This document shows, in pieces, positions 58,773 to 64,000 of a stretch of 64,000 bases of DNA. The translations under genes were made by a program, and so were the position numbers. Positions within the stretch are counted from its first letter, which is position 1; the number at the start of each line of letters is the position of its first letter. Origin of the DNA: Candidatus Sericytochromatia bacterium (GTDB lineage Bacteria > Cyanobacteriota > Sericytochromatia > S15B-MN24 > JAQBPE01); NCBI GenBank assembly GCA_036675505.1, contig JAKFEW010000043.1:3228-67227 (forward strand). The letters run 5' to 3'. The notes beneath the pieces were generated by a model that made no database searches, was not told where the DNA came from, and saw only the letters and a list, made by a program, of their open reading frames with translations.

Positions 58773-59330
58773 ATGGAAACCACCCAGACCCGCGAGCAGA
58801 CGCTCGAAACGACGATCGCGGCCTTGACCCGGCGCCTCGACGAGCTCGAGGCCCGGCTGCCCAAGGACAAGCTCAGCATGGTCGTCTTCTCGGGCGACCT
58901 CGACAAGGTGCTGGCCTCGTTCGTGATCGCGACCGGCGCGGCCGCGATGGGCCTCGAGGTCACGATGTTCTTCACCTTCTGGGGCCTCAACGCGATCCGC
59001 ACGAAGAAGGACCTGCTGGACAAGGGCCTCAAGGAGGCGATGATGGCGATGATGTCGCCGTCGAGCAGCCTCGAGCTCCAGCCTTCCAAGCTGGCCTTCT
59101 TCGGTGCGGGCAGCGTCATGCTGCGCCAGATGATGAAGGACAAGGACATCGCCTCGCTCGAGGAGCTGATGGCGCTGGCCCGCGACAGCGGCGTCCGGCT
59201 CGTCGCCTGCGGCATGAGCATGGACGTCATGGGTGTCCGCGAAGACGAGCTCGCGCCCGGCATCGAGGTCGGCGGCGTGGCGATGTTCATCGGCGAGGCC
59301 CAGGAATCCAAGGTCTCGCTGTTCATCTGA
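58773..59330 (+). CDS. DsrE/DsrF/DrsH-like (DrsE_2) family protein
   Basis: The RBS is AGGAGG 6 nt upstream. Motifs seen are LSMVVFSGDLDKVLASFVIATGAAAMGLEVTMFFTFWGLN, RLVACGMSMDVMG and GGVAMFIGEAQESKVSLFI. Confidence 0.85.
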   Translation: METTQTREQTLETTIAALTRRLDELEARLPKDKLSMVVFSGDLDKVLASFVIATGAAAMGLEVTMFFTFWGLNAIRTKKDLLDKGLKEAMMAMMSPSSSLELQPSKLAFFGAGSVMLRQMMKDKDIASLEELMALARDSGVRLVACGMSMDVMGVREDELAPGIEVGGVAMFIGEAQESKVSLFI

Positions 59331-59362
59331 CTCGCCGCGCCGCCCGCCTGACGTCCCGGCCG

Positions 59363-60370
59363 CTACACCGGCGCGAGCGCGCCGGTCGTCCGATCGCGCA
59401 GGCGCTGCTGGACCGCGCCGTCCCATGGCAGCGACACGCTCGCGAGCGGCCCCAGGCCGGCCATCCGGCAATCCAGGCGCGGCAGGTCGAAGGTGCCGGC
59501 GAGGTCGTGCTCCACCGTGCGGAGGACCCGGCCGTCCGCGGCCGTCCACACCGTGGTGCCGCTGCCGGTCCGGGTGCCGTCCGCGGCGATCGTGGCGTTC
59601 CAGCTGGTCTTGCGCGCGGAGGCATCGGGTTCGGTGTCGGTCATCGTCATGGCGACCTTGTACGCGCCGTCGGCCTGGACCGCCAAGTCGCGGGTCATGG
59701 CTCGGCGGGCGCCGCTCGCGAAGGTCATCGTCGCTTCGTGCTTCGACGCGAGGAGCGCGCCCGTCTCGGTGTCGACGGTGAGCGTCATGCGGACGTCGCG
59801 CCCCGGCATGCCTGCCGGCTGGTCGGCGGCCACCGTGAAGGCCACGACGCGCGTGCGTGTGCCGTCGCCGTTGTCGGTCCAGGTCGCCGCCTCGAGCGCC
59901 TTCGCCATGGCGTCCGCGATGGCGGTCATACCGGCATGGCGGGCCTGCCCACGGGCCATCATGCCGCCGTGGCGCTGGCCGAGGCGATCGCGCATCGCCC
60001 GGTCGGGCCGCATCATCGCGATGCCGGCGCCGGGCGCCATCATCCCGCTGCCAGGAGCGCCGCCGGCCATCATCCCGCCGCCCAGCATCCCGCCGCCGAT
60101 GGGCATGCCAGCCTGGGCGACCGTGTAGCTGCGGGCGGCGAGCGCCCGCAGCGCCAGGTAGGTGTAGTCGTCGAGCTCGCGGTCGGCCTGCAAGACGTCG
60201 GCCGCCGCCTGGCCGACGAGCGACGCGTCATCCGGCGACGTCGAGGTCGCCGCGGTGCTCCCAGGCGCCATGCCGGCCACGGGCGGGAGGGCTGCGCAGC
60301 TCGCCACGAGCGACAACAACGCCATGCCGGCCATCAGTCGGCGAGCGGCGGAAACGGGTCGAAACGTCAT
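59363..60370 (-). CDS. Lipoprotein with a Met/Gly-rich segment, function unknown
   Basis: ORF 59363..60523 was trimmed to ATG 60370. It has a lipobox (LSLVASC). The segment GMPIGGGMLGGGMMAGGAPGSGMMAPGAGIAMMRPDRAMRDRLGQRHGGMMARGQARHAGM is followed by a beta-rich domain. Confidence 0.7.
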   Translation of the reverse strand: MTFRPVSAARRLMAGMALLSLVASCAALPPVAGMAPGSTAATSTSPDDASLVGQAAADVLQADRELDDYTYLALRALAARSYTVAQAGMPIGGGMLGGGMMAGGAPGSGMMAPGAGIAMMRPDRAMRDRLGQRHGGMMARGQARHAGMTAIADAMAKALEAATWTDNGDGTRTRVVAFTVAADQPAGMPGRDVRMTLTVDTETGALLASKHEATMTFASGARRAMTRDLAVQADGAYKVAMTMTDTEPDASARKTSWNATIAADGTRTGSGTTVWTAADGRVLRTVEHDLAGTFDLPRLDCRMAGLGPLASVSLPWDGAVQQRLRDRTTGALAPV

Positions 60371-60543
60371 CGAAAAGGTCCTTTCTGGTCGATGGCGCGC
60401 CGGGCGCACGCCCACCATCGAGCCTAAGGCCGGTCGCCCTGATCCGCATCGGTCAATTCCGCTGATCAACGATGCGGGAAGCAACCGGGGGTTCGGCGGG
60501 TATACGAGGGGTCGCGTCCACAATCATTGGAGGGGGAATTCCG

Positions 60544-61407
60544 ATGGTCCGCTCGCTCGTGCCGTTCATGGCGCTCGCCCTGGTGCTCCCGCTCGCCGCG
60601 CCGGCCCGCGCGGAAAGCCTGACCGCCTTCGACCAGCGCGCGAGCCTGGAATGGCAGACCTGGACCTGGGCCAACCCGGCGGGCACGGACAAGCTGACCT
60701 ACAGCACGCCGATGACCGTGTTCACGATCGTCGACCATACAGGCGCCGTGTTCGGCGCGATGCGCACGGTCGCGTCCAACGAGTCCCGCCGGCGCCAGGC
60801 CGAGGACGAGGCGATCCGCAAGGGCGAGCGCCGGTACACCTACCTGCGCGAGGAAGCCCGGCCGGCCGAGGGCTCGCGGTTCAGCTTCACGGTCGGCCAG
60901 GGCGGGGTCAGCGGCACCACCGGCACCGGCACGGCCGCCGCGGTCACGACGGGCCTCACGCCGACCGCGTTGATGGCGCGCATCGGCCTCGAAGGCGACA
61001 TCGCGGAGGTGCTGGGCGGCGTGTTCGTGTTCGACGCGGGCATCGCCTACTGGACGGCGCTCGCGCCCAGCTCGGGCATCCGCACGAACAACACGCCCAA
61101 CCTCACCGCCTGGGATTGGCCGCTCGGCCTGCGCTGGCGCTACGTCGCGCCCTTCCTGCCGGGCCTCGTCATCGAGCCGGGCATCAACTTCAACTGGCTC
61201 TACACGACCTACTTCGCCGTCAACGGCGGCGCGCGCTGGGACGCCCGCAACATGGGCGTCGAGCTGGGCTACCACGTGGTGCCCCAGGTGAAGCTCCGCG
61301 CGAGCTACTGGCTCAACCGCCTGGCCCACGAGGACGTGGGCTGGATGAAGCGCGAAGACGTCGTCGACATGCGCAACGCCACGCTCGGCGTGACGCTGCT
61401 GTTCTAG
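60544..61407 (+). CDS. Outer-membrane beta-barrel protein, function unknown
   Basis: ORF 60472..61407 was trimmed to ATG 60544, which has GGAGGGGG upstream. It has a signal peptide (ALALVLPLAAPARA), alternating-hydrophobic strands, and a terminal ...LGVTLLF beta-signal. Confidence 0.7.
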   Translation: MVRSLVPFMALALVLPLAAPARAESLTAFDQRASLEWQTWTWANPAGTDKLTYSTPMTVFTIVDHTGAVFGAMRTVASNESRRRQAEDEAIRKGERRYTYLREEARPAEGSRFSFTVGQGGVSGTTGTGTAAAVTTGLTPTALMARIGLEGDIAEVLGGVFVFDAGIAYWTALAPSSGIRTNNTPNLTAWDWPLGLRWRYVAPFLPGLVIEPGINFNWLYTTYFAVNGGARWDARNMGVELGYHVVPQVKLRASYWLNRLAHEDVGWMKREDVVDMRNATLGVTLLF

Positions 61408-61419
61408 GGAGATTCCGGC

Positions 61420-62025
61420 ATGAAGACGCGTCTCGCCTCGTTCCTCCTCGCGCTCGCCCTGTCGGCGCTGGCAACCGCGCCGGCCCAGGCCCGGCCGGAC
61501 GACGGCCGCATGCAGCTCTGGCTCGGCGGCCAGTCGGTGACCGGCCCGGGCCTGGTGGGCACGGTCGGCTTCAGCGCCGACCTCGGGCTCGCCGAGCTGG
61601 GTGCCCATGTGATGGCCCCGCCGGCGGCCTTCACGAGCTTCTTCACGACGGACGCCTCGCTGACGTTCGTCGGGCACACGCGCAGCTTCCTGCCGATCGA
61701 CCTGATGCCGGTGATGGGCTTCGGCGCGGCGTTCCTGATGCGCGACGTCCCGAAGACCCCGGCGCGCAACACCACGACCGACCTGAACATCTACATGTAC
61801 ATGCCGGTCGGGCTGCGCTACGCGCTCCGCGCAGGCGGGCTCTCGATCGGCGCCGAGGCGCTCTACCACTTCCCGGGCCTCTACCTGATGCAAGGCACGG
61901 CGGATCCGGCCCACTGGCACTACGAGCTCACGAGCAAGCTCGGCAACTTCAACGTGGGAGCGTACTACGAGAGTGGGGCGGTCTACAACGGCCCCGGCGT
62001 GCGGGTCGGCTTCTCGTTCCTCTGA
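61420..62025 (+). CDS. Small outer-membrane beta-barrel protein, function unknown
   Basis: It has a signal peptide (LALALSALATAPAQA) and alternating strands, and it ends ...VRVGFSFL. It starts 12 nt after the preceding barrel gene. Confidence 0.7.
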   Translation: MKTRLASFLLALALSALATAPAQARPDDGRMQLWLGGQSVTGPGLVGTVGFSADLGLAELGAHVMAPPAAFTSFFTTDASLTFVGHTRSFLPIDLMPVMGFGAAFLMRDVPKTPARNTTTDLNIYMYMPVGLRYALRAGGLSIGAEALYHFPGLYLMQGTADPAHWHYELTSKLGNFNVGAYYESGAVYNGPGVRVGFSFL

Positions 62026-62157
62026 TGAAGCCTTTGTCCGCCCCTCCGCCTGGCCCGAACCCAATTTTTTAACGCAGTCTACATCGTGTCTTAGCGACGT
62101 TTTATCCGCTCAGGGCGCGACCCCGGCCGATACCGAGGTAGCGGAGGAAAAACGTCC

Positions 62158-63099
62158 ATGGTCCAGCTCCCCAGCTTTCTGCGTCCCGGCTTCACCGGCC
62201 CGTCGCCCGCCCCCACGGCCGACGCGCCGATGGTGCCCACGCCCATGGCCCGGCTCTTCGCGATCGACCTCTTCGCGCCGCGATCGGCCGCAATCCAGGT
62301 GGCCACCCCGGCCTTCCCTGGCCCCACCCTCGACGACCTCCAGGGCGGCGCGGCCCGCTTCCTCGACGTCGGCGCGATCGCCGAGCCCGTCGGCGGATCC
62401 GCGCCCGGCCGGGTCCTGCGCGAAGGCGCCCGCGGCCCGGAGGTGGAGCGTCTCCAGCAGCAGCTCGCGGCCCGCGGCTTCGACCCGGGCGGCGCCGACG
62501 GCGACTTCGGCCCCGCCACCTCCCGCGCCCTGCGCGCTTTCCAGCGTTCGCAGGGCCTGCAAGCGGACGGCGCCTACGGCCCGGCGTCCCGCGCGCGCCT
62601 GACCGGCCGCGGCGGCGTGCCGGCGCCCCGCCCGGCAGCACCCGCGGCCGCGGCGGGGACGATTGGCGTCCCCGGCTCCACCGGGGCCCCACCGGCAAGG
62701 ACTGCCGAGGGCGGCGCCACGCGCGCGCGCCTGCTGGGCGACGTCGACAACCACTTCAAGGGGCGCAGCGGCAAGTGCTTCCGCTACGCCTGGCATATGG
62801 TCACGCAGGCGGGCCTGAACGACTTTGGCCAGGCAGCGCAGTCGCACGCCGGCCGCCACCAGGACACCGCCTACGTCGGCGACCTCGTGCGGCAGGGCAA
62901 GCTCCGCGTCGGCGACGTGGTCTACGTGAACCGCCGCCCGGGCGCCGATCCGAGCTCGACCGACATGCGCTTCGGCCCCCACTGGTTCGTCTACGTCGGC
63001 CAGGGCCAGTTCGCGGACCAGTACGGGATCCGCGGCGCCCAGGCGATGTCGGACTTCGTGCCGGGCCGCAAGATCGACGCGATCTACCACACGGCCTGA
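62158..63099 (+). CDS. Peptidoglycan-binding (PG_binding_1) protein with a C-terminal papain-like Cys/His domain (NlpC-P60/CHAP-like)
   Basis: The RBS is GGAGGAAAAACGTCC-ATG. The PG_binding_1 motif reads GARGPEVERLQQQLAARGFDPGGADGDFGPATSRALRAFQRSQGLQADGAYG. The C-terminus has RSGKCFRYAWHMV and GPHWFVYVGQG. No obvious Sec signal is present. Confidence 0.75.
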   Translation: MVQLPSFLRPGFTGPSPAPTADAPMVPTPMARLFAIDLFAPRSAAIQVATPAFPGPTLDDLQGGAARFLDVGAIAEPVGGSAPGRVLREGARGPEVERLQQQLAARGFDPGGADGDFGPATSRALRAFQRSQGLQADGAYGPASRARLTGRGGVPAPRPAAPAAAAGTIGVPGSTGAPPARTAEGGATRARLLGDVDNHFKGRSGKCFRYAWHMVTQAGLNDFGQAAQSHAGRHQDTAYVGDLVRQGKLRVGDVVYVNRRPGADPSSTDMRFGPHWFVYVGQGQFADQYGIRGAQAMSDFVPGRKIDAIYHTA

Positions 63100-63157
63100 T
63101 CGCGCTGAATTCGGGAAATCGGCGGGCCATGTGGATTCCCGCCAACGCCAGCGCAGC

Positions 63158-64000
63158 CTACGGATTCCGCAGCAACTGGACGTCCCGCTTGGGCGGCTGG
63201 CCGAACAGGCGGGCGTACTCGCGGCTGAACTGCGAGGGGCTCTCGTAGCCCACGCGGAAGCTAGCTGCGCCCGCGTCGAGATCTTCGACCAACATCAGCC
63301 GGCGGGCCTCCTGGAGGCGCAGCTGCTTCTGGAACTGCAGCGGGCTCATCGCGGTGATCTCGCGGAAGTGGTGGTGGAGCGACGACGGGCTCATCGCCGC
63401 CATCTGGGCCAGGTCGTCCACGCGCAAGGGCTCCGCGAAGTGGTGCCGGAGCCAGTTGATGACCTTCTGCACGCGGTTGCTCTGGCTGCCGGCCATCGCG
63501 ATCTGCCACAGGCGGCCGCCCTGCTCGCTCCGGAGCAGCAGGTAGATGAGCTCCTGGAGGATGAGGTCCGCCATCACCGGGATGTCCGCGGGCTCGTCCA
63601 GCAGGTCGAGCAGGCGCCAGAGGGCGCAGAGCAGCTCGCTCGTGGCGGGGCCCGTCGCCATGCCGCGCAGCGGCGTCACCCGGGGCGCCGGCAGCTCGTA
63701 GGTCAGGATCAGCTGCCGCACCTTCGCGAGGTCGAGGTTGGCGACCATCGCCATGTAGGGCTGCGCCGGCGTCGCCTCCACGACGCACGCCGACACGGGC
63801 AGGTCGACGACCGTGAGCAGGAAGGTCGATTCGTCGTACGCGAACACCTCGTCGCCGACCTCGACCCGCTTGCGGCCCCGCAGGATGACCGCGAGGTTCG
63901 GCTCGTAGACGAACGTCGCCGGCATCGTCGTCTCCGTGCGGCTGTGCAGCGAAAGCCACGGGATCGCGGTCGCCCGATTCGGGGCGCCGCCAGACCATCG
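63158..64000 (-). CDS. AraC-family transcriptional regulator with an AraC_N-type N-terminal domain (5' end runs off the window)
   Basis: The C-terminal double HTH reads VDDLAQMAAMSPSSLHHHFREITAMSPLQFQKQLRLQEARRLM...VGYESPSQFSREYARLFG. The frame stays open from 63925 to the window end (RWSGGAPNRATAIPWLSLHSRTETTM...), which matches the usual N-terminal extension. Confidence 0.85.
   Translation of the reverse strand, partial: RWSGGAPNRATAIPWLSLHSRTETTMPATFVYEPNLAVILRGRKRVEVGDEVFAYDESTFLLTVVDLPVSACVVEATPAQPYMAMVANLDLAKVRQLILTYELPAPRVTPLRGMATGPATSELLCALWRLLDLLDEPADIPVMADLILQELIYLLLRSEQGGRLWQIAMAGSQSNRVQKVINWLRHHFAEPLRVDDLAQMAAMSPSSLHHHFREITAMSPLQFQKQLRLQEARRLMLVEDLDAGAASFRVGYESPSQFSREYARLFGQPPKRDVQLLRNP

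Overview
High-GC Gram-negative-type chromosomal segment (TolC/RND genes, lipoboxes and outer-membrane barrels are present). Taxonomy cannot be fixed from sequence alone. I found no rRNA, tRNA, CRISPR array, transposase or integrase. The window divides into seven blocks. (1) 0-23.5 kb is a copper and envelope-stress island. It holds the nirK 3' end and an archaeal-type GAPDH plus 2-hydroxyacid dehydrogenase pair. It also holds a translationally coupled cusC-cusB-cusA / P2-type ATPase / alpha-beta hydrolase string, ppsA, and two divergent CueR-type (MerR-class) promoters. One promoter drives a FixH/YtkA-like lipoprotein followed by a truncated DUF692/MNIO gene. The other drives copA, an uncharacterised His/Met-rich secreted protein, and a copB-type pump. 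(2) 23.5-27.2 kb holds hsp20, a GNAT gene and a beta-propeller gene among several gene fragments. (3) 27.2-28.1 kb is a lower-GC RelE/ParE-type toxin plus HTH antitoxin module. (4) 28.1-30.5 kb encodes small membrane proteins and an SRPBCC protein of unknown function. (5) 30.5-38.8 kb holds a tandem array of four paralogous PD40 beta-propeller lipoproteins. Next to it are a lipoprotein with a flagellar hook/rod-like core and a polytopic sensor kinase. This is my best candidate for an undescribed envelope system. (6) 38.9-57.8 kb holds a methyltransferase and a NOX/FRE-like reductase divergent from a CXXCH lipoprotein. It also holds a dense two-component cluster with a 10-PAS kinase built from a 1488-bp higher-order repeat, a degenerate pseudo-kinase, and no DNA-binding output domain. 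(7) 58-64 kb holds a secreted protein and a near-consensus promoter with nested palindromes, which drives a TusA-tail mini-ORF plus a DsrE-like gene. It also holds a Met/Gly-rich lipoprotein, two outer-membrane barrels, a peptidoglycan-binding Cys/His protein and a partial AraC regulator. All family calls rest on motif recognition by eye, and no database search was run.
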